DNA from: a virus
IMG/VR virus record: IMGVR_UViG_3300016476_001289
Direction: 5' to 3' (one strand)
Length of the DNA: 64,000 nt
This document shows positions 20,196-29,526 of the stretch, piece by piece (position 1 is the stretch's first letter; every line of letters begins with the position of its first letter). The notes under the pieces were generated by a model. It was not told the DNA's origin. It did not search any database and worked only from the letters and a program-made list of their open reading frames with translations. Both the position numbers and the translations under genes were made by a program.

Positions 20196-20736
20196 AATCA
20201 TCATCATCTTCATTAGAATGAAAATAATGATATTTACGATCTTCTTCTAAGAGTTTTTTATATTCCCCATCGTCTTCTTCTATTTCTTTTTCTAATTCTT
20301 CTATTAAGATCTCCCTTTCGAGCTTCTCGTAAAAGGCTGCTTCTCTCATCTCTTGTTCTATCATAGATCTGATTTCTTCTCTTTCTTCAAGAAGTTCTTT
20401 CAACTCACCAAAGATACATTTATCAAAAGCATAAGGAATAGGGTATGAAATCCACCTAGTAGTATTTTCTCTCTCAAAAGAATTACAGAAACCAGCATTT
20501 AATTGAAGACCAAATTTCTCAAGGATAGGAGAAATCTCACATTCTCTTAATGGACGGTCATAAATAGTCTCAGGTGGGGTGTAATTAGAAAATGGTTGTA
20601 GGTGAGAGATAAGATCTCTAAGGATTTCTGTTTTGAGAGATTGGTCTGGTAAATAATCAGTAGGTTGGAAGAAATATTCGTAATGGATATTATTGTGACT
20701 GAAACTAATCACAAAGTAAAGATGATTACTATTCAT
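20185..20736 (-). CDS. Hypothetical protein, paralog of 18185-18658
   Basis: PPETIYDRPL motif and acidic tail. Confidence 0.7.
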   Translation of the reverse strand: MNSNHLYFVISFSHNNIHYEYFFQPTDYLPDQSLKTEILRDLISHLQPFSNYTPPETIYDRPLRECEISPILEKFGLQLNAGFCNSFERENTTRWISYPIPYAFDKCIFGELKELLEEREEIRSMIEQEMREAAFYEKLEREILIEELEKEIEEDDGEYKKLLEEDRKYHYFHSNEDDDDSIL

Positions 20737-20790
20737 AGTATTCCTTTGTTGTGGGTTTATAATGTATTATATTAAGAGGAGAATAGTAAG

Positions 20791-21072
20791 ATGAAAGAAT
20801 TAGATGATTATGATGTTTTATTATGTTTGATCTACCATTTACATCCATTTTTAGTAATGGATGTAGCTAAAGAGATACATATAAAGCCTGAAGAATTAGG
20901 TTTTATCCTAAGTGTGTTTAAAGACCACCCTGTAATATTAAAGCATAAAGAAGAAGCATTAAAAAATGATAATTATATAAGAGATATGGTTATTGGTATA
21001 TTTGAAGGGACTATATATAAAGAGGCTATCCTTTCGCTCTTTCTCTTGAATGAATCCCCCAATAGAACATAA
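20791..21072 (+). CDS. Hypothetical protein
   Basis: 93-aa ORF with GAGGAG RBS. Confidence 0.6.
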   Translation: MKELDDYDVLLCLIYHLHPFLVMDVAKEIHIKPEELGFILSVFKDHPVILKHKEEALKNDNYIRDMVIGIFEGTIYKEAILSLFLLNESPNRT

Positions 21073-21799
21073 TTTTTAATCGGGGGCTTAAAAAAGGTGT
21101 AGCTTCTTCTGGATCTTCACTATAAGCTTCAATAGCGACATCGAAATCATCTTGAAATTTTTTACCTACATATTCTATAAGACTAGGGTTCTTTTTGACT
21201 GCTTCTAAGACAAGTATTTTACTTTGTTTTAAAGTAGGTGAAAGAAAGATAAAATTAGTGGGGTCTGCCTTAACACAAGCAAAGGCTATATCAAAATCAT
21301 CATTATAAGAATTAAGTAGTTTATCTAATAAGTGGATGGCATAACCTGAATCAGACATAATATTAAAATCATTTCTAATATAGATTTTAGGGTCATCACA
21401 TAAGGGAAGAATGAAGTTCTTATCTTTTAGTAGTTTTGTGGGTAATTTACTAAGAAATCTTGAATCTATTGAACAGATAAGATTAGCTTTCTTTTTAGTA
21501 GTAATAGTGAAGTGTTGGGATAAGAACCATTCCATATTATATAAGAAGATAGGTTCATTTAGTGCTATTTCAATAGGTGTTAAGTCCCAAGTTAGTTCTT
21601 CAGTATCTAAAACAAGATCATCATCATATTTATCTACATTAGTAGTAAAAACTTCTGTGATATCCAGAGAAGTACATAGTAGTTGAAGGACTTCCTTATC
21701 CTTAGGTTTAGCTAAGGTGTATAGGCAAATATCTCTATTTTCAATAGATTTTTCAAAGAGTATAACTTTCATATAGTCTATCTCACTTTCATTGAACAT
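21026..21799 (-). CDS. DUF4116-like repeat protein
   Basis: C-terminal repeats DFDIAFACVK / KILVLEAVKKNPSLIEYV / DDFDVAIEA. Confidence 0.65.
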   Translation of the reverse strand: MFNESEIDYMKVILFEKSIENRDICLYTLAKPKDKEVLQLLCTSLDITEVFTTNVDKYDDDLVLDTEELTWDLTPIEIALNEPIFLYNMEWFLSQHFTITTKKKANLICSIDSRFLSKLPTKLLKDKNFILPLCDDPKIYIRNDFNIMSDSGYAIHLLDKLLNSYNDDFDIAFACVKADPTNFIFLSPTLKQSKILVLEAVKKNPSLIEYVGKKFQDDFDVAIEAYSEDPEEATPFLSPRLKIMFYWGIHSRERAKG

Positions 21800-21817
21800 A
21801 TTATATGAAAGTGGAAA

Positions 21818-21895
21818 ATAAAAAAGGGAACATCTGTTAAGACATTCCCTTTTCTACAAAAAAACTAACCAACCAACACAAAAAAGTGTTTGTTA
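21818..21895 (-). ncRNA. Candidate small RNA or attenuated leader
   Basis: Bounded by a sigma70-like promoter and an intrinsic terminator, no ORF, 5' hairpin. Confidence 0.45.
21820..21849 (-). terminator. Intrinsic terminator
   Basis: On the minus strand: GGGAAUGUCU-UAAC-AGAUGUUCCC-UUUUUU. Two G.U pairs form only on this strand. Confidence 0.8.
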
Positions 21896-21900
21896 AAATG

Positions 21901-21929
21901 TTTATAGCATAACTTATATAAACTAGCAA
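21901..21929 (-). promoter_or_regulatory. Sigma70-like promoter
   Basis: Minus strand TTGCTA-N17-TATAAA with extended -10 TGn. Confidence 0.55.
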
Positions 21930-21946
21930 ATTTATTAAGAGAAAAA

Positions 21947-22150
21947 ATGTACGAGATGTTATTTATGGGGCAACCTATACTTGTTTATGATGTATCTAGT
22001 GCTATAAGAGAAGGTTTAGTCTTTAAGGTGAAACAAATAAGTCTATATAAGACAGGTGAAGATACCTTGTTTTTCTTAGAATTAAAGAGTGGGATACATT
22101 ATAAGATTTTATTAGAATATTTAGATAGTGGGTGGAAGATCGTTAAATAA
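21947..22150 (+). CDS. Hypothetical protein
   Basis: 67-aa ORF, weak RBS. Confidence 0.4.
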   Translation: MYEMLFMGQPILVYDVSSAIREGLVFKVKQISLYKTGEDTLFFLELKSGIHYKILLEYLDSGWKIVK

Positions 22151-22691
22151 GTTTATCTACAAGACCATGTTTTAAACATTCTTCTGAATTAAACCATAGG
22201 TCTCTTTTAAGCATTTTTACAATTTGTTTCTTTTTAAGTTTAGAGTGTTTTTTATAGAACTTATAAAATTGTTCCATGAGTTTATCTAGGTTTGCTTTTT
22301 CATCTTTAAGGTTTTCATAAGTGCCTTCAGTCCATTGACTTACTTGATGAATAAGCATATAGCCATATTCTTGCATGAATCTCTTCTTACCCACCATAGA
22401 CAATAAAGTACCTGCACTAGCGACACCACCTTCTACATAGGTATAAACAGGTACTTTATTATTTAAAATATGACCTGCCCCAGCAAGACCGCTATATACA
22501 TCACCACCATAAGAGTGGATATGTAGGTGGATAACGGGTGGGATTTCTAAATCATAGGTGAGTTGTCTATCTAGGGATAATTGAGTAGCTTCTCTTAAAG
22601 TGCTGACTAATCCTTGAATTGATTTAGGATTTACTTCATCATAATAGTAGATATGTAAGTCTTTTCTTGTGATACCAGAAGATTCTAACAT
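22143..22691 (-). CDS. clpP: ClpP-family serine protease
   Basis: IHSYGGDV, ASAG (Ser), LIHQ (His), RD.W (Asp), GLVD. Confidence 0.85.
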   Translation of the reverse strand: MLESSGITRKDLHIYYYDEVNPKSIQGLVSTLREATQLSLDRQLTYDLEIPPVIHLHIHSYGGDVYSGLAGAGHILNNKVPVYTYVEGGVASAGTLLSMVGKKRFMQEYGYMLIHQVSQWTEGTYENLKDEKANLDKLMEQFYKFYKKHSKLKKKQIVKMLKRDLWFNSEECLKHGLVDKLI

Positions 22692-22763
22692 TTAAAATAG
22701 CCTTTCTTTTATTTATTAAATACATAGCATATTTATGAAAAGTCTAAATTCAAGGAGCTATGT

Positions 22764-23816
22764 ATGTCATGTAAGATACCAGCAGGGTCAGTAGCGACCC
22801 TAGTACAAGGGAATAAAGTTCTCTTTGATGGTGTATTATACAATCTAGATGATTGTGTGATAGAAAAAGGTGTACATTTTGAGACAAAAGCTAATGTAAA
22901 AGAAGTAGGTGTCGATTCACCTAAATCCGAAGCTAATGAATCAAATGAACAAAAAACAGAAGAACCTAAACCTAAAAAGTTTAAGAAACCTGTTGTTAAA
23001 CCATCCTCAGTGGATGAAAATATTGAAAATACTCAAGTACCACAACCACAAAAAAAGGATGATGAAATGGGATTACCTGTTCAAGCACCTCAAGATTCTA
23101 CACCAGGACAAGGGCAACCTGTTCAACCTATACAACAACCTGTAGGTTATCCACAACAACCTATGCAACCACCTGTAAATATGCAACTTCCACAAGGGTA
23201 TGCTTTACCTCCAGGATTTACTGTTCCACAACAAGCACAACAATACATTCCACAACAATTCATGCCTCAACAACCACAAGAGACTCATGCCACCACTGAA
23301 CATAATCAAGATGGTATGGATATGAACATGATTAAGACTATCTTGAACATAGCAGGGGATAATCCTGTTGTTCTCGTAGCCTTAATTGGTGCATATCTAG
23401 GTTTCACCTGGATGAAGAAGATGGAAAAGATCAAAGAAAAAGAAGCTGAAAATGGTGGTCAACACGCATCAGCTTGTGATAGTGATCGTAAGAGTCTTAA
23501 TTCTAAATTCTCTGATATGGACTTTAAAGTTCAAAAAATCGATATGCTTGAAAATAAAGTTAAGCAAATGGGTGATGTTAATGGTCGTCTTACTAAACTT
23601 GAAGAAAATAGTAATGGTTTAACCTTTAATGACACCACAGAACTTGAAGAAGCTTTAGCTAAAGTAGTTAAGAAAGTAGAAGCTCTTGATAAGAAGATTG
23701 CGTCATTAGTTGCAGGAACAACAGCACCTAAAGCAGTAGAACCTGTTAAGAAACCTACTAAAGCTAAAGAAACTAAATCTGTTGCAGAATTTCCACCTGA
23801 AGAAGATGATGAATAA
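22764..23816 (+). CDS. Membrane-anchored protein with Pro/Gln-rich linker and C-terminal coiled coil
   Basis: PQ-rich tract, one hydrophobic helix (VVLVALIGAYLGFTW), heptad tail. AAGGAG RBS. Confidence 0.7.
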   Translation: MSCKIPAGSVATLVQGNKVLFDGVLYNLDDCVIEKGVHFETKANVKEVGVDSPKSEANESNEQKTEEPKPKKFKKPVVKPSSVDENIENTQVPQPQKKDDEMGLPVQAPQDSTPGQGQPVQPIQQPVGYPQQPMQPPVNMQLPQGYALPPGFTVPQQAQQYIPQQFMPQQPQETHATTEHNQDGMDMNMIKTILNIAGDNPVVLVALIGAYLGFTWMKKMEKIKEKEAENGGQHASACDSDRKSLNSKFSDMDFKVQKIDMLENKVKQMGDVNGRLTKLEENSNGLTFNDTTELEEALAKVVKKVEALDKKIASLVAGTTAPKAVEPVKKPTKAKETKSVAEFPPEEDDE

Positions 23817-23878
23817 TTTTATATAATCGTATTTCTTATTTGTATAGTATGAGTTGAACTTTTAAAAAAAGGAAACTC

Positions 23879-24634
23879 ATGTTAAAATATCTCCCTATAT
23901 TATTGTTTATGTTTGCTTGTTCTAAAAATGAAGCACAACCTGTTGTTGTTAAAGATCAAGGTATTGTTGTTGTAAAAGACAAGTCTCTACCACTCGATCA
24001 AAGTCTACCTGAAAAAGACCAAGAAGTTAAAGCAGTAGACCCTGACAAAAAACACCCAATCCCTGAAACTGTTGATTGTGAAAAGTTCTTTACTGCTGAG
24101 GGGATTGCAGAAGCACATAAAACCAATTCACCTTATATTGCCGACAAAGAATATTTCTTGATTGAAAAAAATGCTGACTATGTTTTAACATTAAGACTAG
24201 GTTATCTACCACAAGAAAAGTTCCTTGCTATTTTCATGACAACAGCGGGGAAGAAAAAAGTCTGTTATGATAAAGAAACATCACTCATGTTCACTCTTTT
24301 ACATGATGAAGATACTGGAGAGAGAAGAAGCTATATGCTAGATGGTATCCACAATCAAAATTGTGGTACTGCTCGTAAGGTTCAAGATAAGAACAAAGCA
24401 GTAGGCATTTACTTAGTGCCTGAAAGAAGTAAGTTCTTTCAGTTTGCTATGGTTGCAAGAAGTATAGGTGCTTGGGCAATTATGGAGCATAAGAATTATA
24501 AAGGTATTGTAGGTCAACATTATAGTGAAAACCATTCACTTGCTTTAATGAATGGTTTTAGATGTGCTTATAAAGCTATGGGGTATACTCATCTCACAGT
24601 AACAAATTTACTCGATAACACAGTGAAAGACTAA
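23879..24634 (+). CDS. Lipoprotein, paralog family member 1
   Basis: Lipobox MFAC. IP...DCEK and RCAY.A.G shared with the next two ORFs. Confidence 0.75.
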   Translation: MLKYLPILLFMFACSKNEAQPVVVKDQGIVVVKDKSLPLDQSLPEKDQEVKAVDPDKKHPIPETVDCEKFFTAEGIAEAHKTNSPYIADKEYFLIEKNADYVLTLRLGYLPQEKFLAIFMTTAGKKKVCYDKETSLMFTLLHDEDTGERRSYMLDGIHNQNCGTARKVQDKNKAVGIYLVPERSKFFQFAMVARSIGAWAIMEHKNYKGIVGQHYSENHSLALMNGFRCAYKAMGYTHLTVTNLLDNTVKD

Positions 24635-24637
24635 GCT

Positions 24638-25378
24638 ATGTATAAATATCTATTAATTGTTGTATGTTTATTCTCTTGTAATAAGCAAACAGAAGCTCAA
24701 GAGAAGCAACCTGAAGTTAAACAAACTCAAACGGAAGTTAAACAAACTGAACCTGTTAAAGTAGCAGAACCCGTTAAGGTTAAAAACGGCAGTCTTAATA
24801 TCCCTAAAGGTAAAGATTGTGAAAAGCATCTCCCTAAAGATGCCCTTAAACAAAGTAAAAAAAATGATGGATATTACATCCCTAAAGAATCTTTTTGGTT
24901 TGTGAATATGAAAGGCGAAGGTGTATTATTAGCTAATTTCACGGTTGTAGACATGAAATTAAAGTTCACAGTCAATCTCTTGAATGGTAATAAAGTTAAC
25001 TGTATTGAAGAGAATAGTGATCTTGGTATTAGATTTAATAAACATCAAATCCATATCCTTGAATCTAAGTTCCCAAGAAACTGTAATGACCCAAGCAAAA
25101 CAGAGGAAAGAGTCGGTGCTATGGCTATTTATACACTTCCTTTAAATAGCACTCTTTTTAAAGAACTCTTATTAAAACCTGTTGAGTTTTTAGGTATAGA
25201 ATTAAAAGGAAAAGGGTATGCTTTTTTTCAAGTTACGAAAGAAGAAACCCCTATCGAACTACAAAATGCTGCTAGATGTGCTTATGAAGCATTTGGTGGA
25301 GCAGATCAAATTAACTTAGAAGATGAGGATTTCTTAATAGATACTCTAGCACATCCAGATGAAAATTCAAACGAGTAA
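24638..25378 (+). CDS. Lipoprotein, paralog family member 2
   Basis: Lipobox LFSC. IPKGKDC, PLNSTLFKELL, LQNAARCAY. Confidence 0.8.
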   Translation: MYKYLLIVVCLFSCNKQTEAQEKQPEVKQTQTEVKQTEPVKVAEPVKVKNGSLNIPKGKDCEKHLPKDALKQSKKNDGYYIPKESFWFVNMKGEGVLLANFTVVDMKLKFTVNLLNGNKVNCIEENSDLGIRFNKHQIHILESKFPRNCNDPSKTEERVGAMAIYTLPLNSTLFKELLLKPVEFLGIELKGKGYAFFQVTKEETPIELQNAARCAYEAFGGADQINLEDEDFLIDTLAHPDENSNE

Positions 25379-25379
25379 A

Positions 25380-26015
25380 ATGATGAAATACTATTTATTA
25401 ATGATTCTTATTGTTGTCTCTTCTTGTAAGGACAAAGAAAAAGTTAGTATCCCTAAAGGAAAAGACTGTGATGTCTATTTCCCACAAGATGCTATGGCTC
25501 AAAGTAAAAAAAATAATAACTTCTTTATTAATGAAAGAAGATCTATTTACACTGGAGATGAAGGGATCTTATTAACTAATCTCCTTATCAAAGACACTAA
25601 ATTCCACCTAGCTATTAATATCTTAAATGGTAATAAAGTCATTTGTATAAAAGAAAATAGTCTTCTTGGTGTAAGAATATTTGAAAATAATAACACCCAT
25701 TTAATCAAAGGCGATTTTGACAGAAATTGTAAACAACAATCTGACCCTAAAGGTAATGGGGCAATAGGATTATTTGAAGTTCCTTTAAATAGCACTTTAT
25801 TTAAAGAACTCCTAACAAAAAAAGTAGGTGTCATTGGTGTAGGTTTAGATAATGTTAATGCTTTATTTAAGCCATTAGACCAAGAAACTGCTTTAGATTT
25901 ACAAAATGCTGCTAGATGTGCTTATGATGCTTTTGGTGGAGAAGAGACTATTAATTTATCTAATGATAATCTTCTTATAGACACTGTTTATCATGTAGAT
26001 AAGCCAAACGATTAA
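25380..26015 (+). CDS. Lipoprotein, paralog family member 3
   Basis: Lipobox VSSC, same motifs as member 2. Start reassigned to 25380. Confidence 0.8.
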   Translation: MMKYYLLMILIVVSSCKDKEKVSIPKGKDCDVYFPQDAMAQSKKNNNFFINERRSIYTGDEGILLTNLLIKDTKFHLAINILNGNKVICIKENSLLGVRIFENNNTHLIKGDFDRNCKQQSDPKGNGAIGLFEVPLNSTLFKELLTKKVGVIGVGLDNVNALFKPLDQETALDLQNAARCAYDAFGGEETINLSNDNLLIDTVYHVDKPND

Positions 26016-26439
26016 TAATCTTTTTATAGATATAGATATATAGATATAAACATAACATAATAAGGAGTCTCCCATGAGATACCCACATATAACCAGAAGA
26101 GCTAGTTCTTTTTATTCACGAAGAGCTTCAGCTTCAGCTCCCTATGCAAAATGGAATCATGAAATCTTGAATATCAAAGAAGAAACCTATGTGTTTTTAG
26201 ATGAAGCTTTGAAAAAAATCGCTAGATTGAATAATGAATTAGTTCAAACCGCAGTCGAAGCGCAAGATCCAGAAGTTAAAAAAATCCTTAATTCTTTATT
26301 AAAATTGTATCAAACCTACCAAACTTCTCTCTATGAGAAAGCAGGTGATATACAAGAAGATTTAGGAAATGAAGTTGGTCATTCTTGGTAATATCTTCTT
26401 ATAGATATTGCTTATCATGTAGATAAGCCAAACGATTAA
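25969..26439 (+). repeat. 47-bp direct repeat pair (25969-26015 and 26393-26439) flanking one gene
   Basis: atcttcttatagaYaYtgYttatcatgtagataagccaaacgattaa, 44/47 identical. Confidence 0.9.
26074..26391 (+). CDS. Small helical protein with RRAS-repeat N-terminus
   Basis: TAAGGAG RBS. MRYPHITRRASSFYSRRASAS. Confidence 0.75.
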   Translation: MRYPHITRRASSFYSRRASASAPYAKWNHEILNIKEETYVFLDEALKKIARLNNELVQTAVEAQDPEVKKILNSLLKLYQTYQTSLYEKAGDIQEDLGNEVGHSW

Positions 26440-26671
26440 ATATAAAATTTAATAATTCAACATTTCCTTTCTGACTATTTACTAGATACTCTACATAATC
26501 TAATCTTCTAGGGTCTTCTTCTTTTTTAAGACATAAACCTGCATATAAAACGATTAGATCAAAGTATTTGGTATTAACATTTAATTCAGTAAGACTCTTT
26601 TCTATATCTAACTTTCTTAAACTTCGTAAGAATTGTGCTTCATATTGAAGTTGTCTTTCTCTTGTGTACAT
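26399..26671 (-). CDS. Hypothetical protein
   Basis: 90-aa ORF with AAGGA RBS, downstream of the MTase genes. Confidence 0.6.
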   Translation of the reverse strand: MYTRERQLQYEAQFLRSLRKLDIEKSLTELNVNTKYFDLIVLYAGLCLKKEEDPRRLDYVEYLVNSQKGNVELLNFIFNRLAYLHDKQYL

Positions 26672-26682
26672 AGAGATTTCCT

Positions 26683-27438
26683 TTAAAATAGAGTGGATGC
26701 TTCACCTTGTATATAATTACAAGCTAGTTTATAATATGTAGGATCTAATTCTATCCCTACTGATTTTCTATTTAATCTTTGTGCTTCTATAAGAGTTGTC
26801 CCTGATCCTGTAAAAGGATCAAAAATAGTGTCTCCTACAAAACTAAAGTATTTAATACACCTATAAGGTAAATCAGATGGGAATGGTGCAGGGTGCTTTC
26901 TATGTGTAGCTGATTCAGGTTTCATTTTCCATAAACCATTAGACCATGAAACAAATTCTTCACCTGTAATATCATCTTCACGCTTAATAGCTTTTTTCCA
27001 AGAATCTTTATAGAAAACAAGAATAAGTTCAGTAGGAGATATAATCAAAGGTGCAGATGCTGATTTATATGACCCCCATGCTGTCCCACCTTCAAAATAG
27101 CCTTTATCCCAAATAACATCACATTTATACTTCCAACCTATTTCTTTAGCTATGTAGCATAAATCGGGACCTATAGTCTTAGAACCACCTAATGTGGTGG
27201 AAAATGGAATATTTAAACACAAACGACCTGTTGTATTACTCCAATCATAACAATTCTTTAACCATTTACGACTAAACTCTAAATACTCATCATATTGTAG
27301 AGTGTCATCATTTGAATTATATTCAATCCCAACATTATAAGGTGGGGATGTTATAATAAGATCAATAAATGGTTCTTGAAATAAAGAACTATCCGTACAA
27401 TCTCCATGATATAACTTCACATCTCTAAACTCAAACAT
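26683..27438 (-). CDS. DNA methyltransferase, beta class (SPPY, N4-C/N6-A)
   Basis: TSPPYN, HPAPFP, DPFTGSGTT. Confidence 0.9.
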   Translation of the reverse strand: MFEFRDVKLYHGDCTDSSLFQEPFIDLIITSPPYNVGIEYNSNDDTLQYDEYLEFSRKWLKNCYDWSNTTGRLCLNIPFSTTLGGSKTIGPDLCYIAKEIGWKYKCDVIWDKGYFEGGTAWGSYKSASAPLIISPTELILVFYKDSWKKAIKREDDITGEEFVSWSNGLWKMKPESATHRKHPAPFPSDLPYRCIKYFSFVGDTIFDPFTGSGTTLIEAQRLNRKSVGIELDPTYYKLACNYIQGEASTLF

Positions 27439-27470
27439 TCTTAAATGTCCTTTCTTTTTCTTGTCTTATA

Positions 27471-28235
27471 TTAAAATAATGTTTGTTGCTTTACATTTTC
27501 TTCATTTAACCATACCACTTCATTAAACTCTTTCATTTGGCAATTTAATATTGTCTTTAAAGGTTTAAAGGGCAACCATGTTGCTTTTTCTCCCTCACAG
27601 ACTATTACTTGCCCCTCTCTTCCTTTACACCATTCACCTAAATGACTAAAATCTATTTTATTAGATGAATGAGCATATCCCTTACCTTCATGTTGATAAG
27701 GTGGGTCGATAAACCAAGTAGCTTGTTCATTATCTATATCTTCATAAGACTTTTGTTCTATTGTCCAATGACGAATATGTTCTAATTGTTCTGCTATTTT
27801 AATCTTATTTAATTCAGTCCATGTGTTATAATTTCTAGGTTTATATACTTCACCTGATTTAGATATAAATCCTTGAACTGATTTCATACTACGACTTGTC
27901 CATTTAGTATCAGGTCTATAATTAGATGAATGTATCCAATAACCTATTAACCATTTAGCTTCTTGGGGGATATTATAATCATTGACTGATTTGTCAAAAT
28001 CTATCATAGGCAAGTCTAAGATTTCTTCTTTCTTAGCATGGATAAGATAATCCCACAGACCACAGATAACATCATATTTGTCATATAACTTAACTTGTTT
28101 ATGTGGGTAATGTAAGGCATAACAAGCAGACCCTGCAAATGGTTCTATTAGTATATTATGTTTAGGTGAAGGGTAGTGTTTAGCTAAATTATATTTACTA
28201 CCAAAGTAGCTAAAAAATGGTTTAAGTGGTTTCAT
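27471..28235 (-). CDS. Dam-like (alpha class) DNA adenine methyltransferase, copy 1
   Basis: YFGSK, EPFAGSA, FIDPPY. Confidence 0.85.
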   Translation of the reverse strand: MKPLKPFFSYFGSKYNLAKHYPSPKHNILIEPFAGSACYALHYPHKQVKLYDKYDVICGLWDYLIHAKKEEILDLPMIDFDKSVNDYNIPQEAKWLIGYWIHSSNYRPDTKWTSRSMKSVQGFISKSGEVYKPRNYNTWTELNKIKIAEQLEHIRHWTIEQKSYEDIDNEQATWFIDPPYQHEGKGYAHSSNKIDFSHLGEWCKGREGQVIVCEGEKATWLPFKPLKTILNCQMKEFNEVVWLNEENVKQQTLF

Positions 28236-28295
28236 TTTTTTTCCTTTATAGGATGAATATATATAATGTTAAACTATTATTATAGGAGATATACC

Positions 28296-28727
28296 ATGAT
28301 TAACTCAAAAATCGCTTCATTAGAAGCAAGATTAACTAGACTCGAAGGCAAATTAATGAGCAAAAAAGCAGGACATCAAATGCCTGACCCTGCTCTCGTA
28401 AAATTTCAAATCAAGACCCTTTTAAAAGAAGGTGCATATCAATTAGAAGGTTTTGAAGTTAAAGCATTAAGCCCACTTTCTTACTTTCCTGCTACCCATG
28501 CCATTCGTATTGTATGTATTAATGATCAAGGTAATTCAGTTGTACTTGATCTTCATTGTAGCAACAATGTAATTGTTGGACAAACATTGAATGTTTTCGA
28601 TCATATGTATAATACTAAAGTTGTTTATAATAACAGCAATGAAGATTTAGGTGGAGATTTTATTGGTGAAGATTTAACCAAACCAAGTACCGTAAGAGAT
28701 CTTATCAGTTTATTACAATTACAATAA
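28296..28727 (+). CDS. KIASLE-leader family protein
   Basis: ATG 28296 after AGGAG. MINSKIASLEARLTRLEGKLMSKKA. Confidence 0.85.
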   Translation: MINSKIASLEARLTRLEGKLMSKKAGHQMPDPALVKFQIKTLLKEGAYQLEGFEVKALSPLSYFPATHAIRIVCINDQGNSVVLDLHCSNNVIVGQTLNVFDHMYNTKVVYNNSNEDLGGDFIGEDLTKPSTVRDLISLLQLQ

Positions 28728-28731
28728 ACCA

Positions 28732-29466
28732 TTAGAATAAAGTTCTTTGTCTTATATTATTCTCATTTAACCATACCACCTCTTCAGTCCTACCACCTCC
28801 ACTATTTAATATCGTCTTTAAAGGTTGAAAAGGTAACCATTTAGCTTTATCACTTTCACAGACTATTACTTGTCCTTCTCTTCCTTTACACCATTCACCT
28901 AAATGACTAAAATCTATATTCTTTGAACTCTCTTTATAGACTTTCCCTTCACTCTCATAAGGTGGATCTATAAACCATGTAGCTTCTTCATTATCTATTA
29001 TATCATAAGACTTTTGTTCTATTGTCCAATGTCTTATATCATCCACCTGATTTGCTATTCTTTTCTTAGTAGTAGGATTCCAAGAATCTGCCCATTCTAT
29101 TTCAAATCTCTCACTAGCATAAGATGACATTTTAGTAGCAGGTATAGACCTAGCTTTAACTAACCAAAATCCTATTAACCATTTAGCTTCTTGTGGGATA
29201 TTAGGATAATCATCTATACTCTTACCTAATTCTATTAAAGGTAAATCTAATATCTCTTCTTTTTTCACCTTAATTAAGTAATCCCATATCCCACAAATAG
29301 CATCATATTTGTCATATAACTTAACTTGTTTATAGTGATAATGAAGAGCATAACAAGCAGATCCTGCAAAGGGTTCTATTAGAACATTGTATCTAGGTGA
29401 AGGATAATGTTTAGCTAAAAAGTATTTACTACCAAAATAGCTAAAAAATGGTTTAAGGGGTTTCAT
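28732..29466 (-). CDS. Dam-like DNA adenine methyltransferase, copy 2
   Basis: Close paralog of copy 1 with a different central region. Confidence 0.85.
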   Translation of the reverse strand: MKPLKPFFSYFGSKYFLAKHYPSPRYNVLIEPFAGSACYALHYHYKQVKLYDKYDAICGIWDYLIKVKKEEILDLPLIELGKSIDDYPNIPQEAKWLIGFWLVKARSIPATKMSSYASERFEIEWADSWNPTTKKRIANQVDDIRHWTIEQKSYDIIDNEEATWFIDPPYESEGKVYKESSKNIDFSHLGEWCKGREGQVIVCESDKAKWLPFQPLKTILNSGGGRTEEVVWLNENNIRQRTLF

Positions 29467-29526
29467 TTTTTTTCCTTTTATTTTATATCTAAGAATATAT
29501 GAAACTATTATTATAGGAGATATACC

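Noticed and set aside
23680-23715. KKIASL inside the 22764 membrane protein as a leader-family member
   Set aside because: Internal, within a generic coiled coil, and lacks the EARL..LE continuation.
26036-26054. 19-nt inverted match to 53341-53359
   Set aside because: Low-complexity (TA/GA) sequence in AT-rich promoter regions, so plausible by chance.
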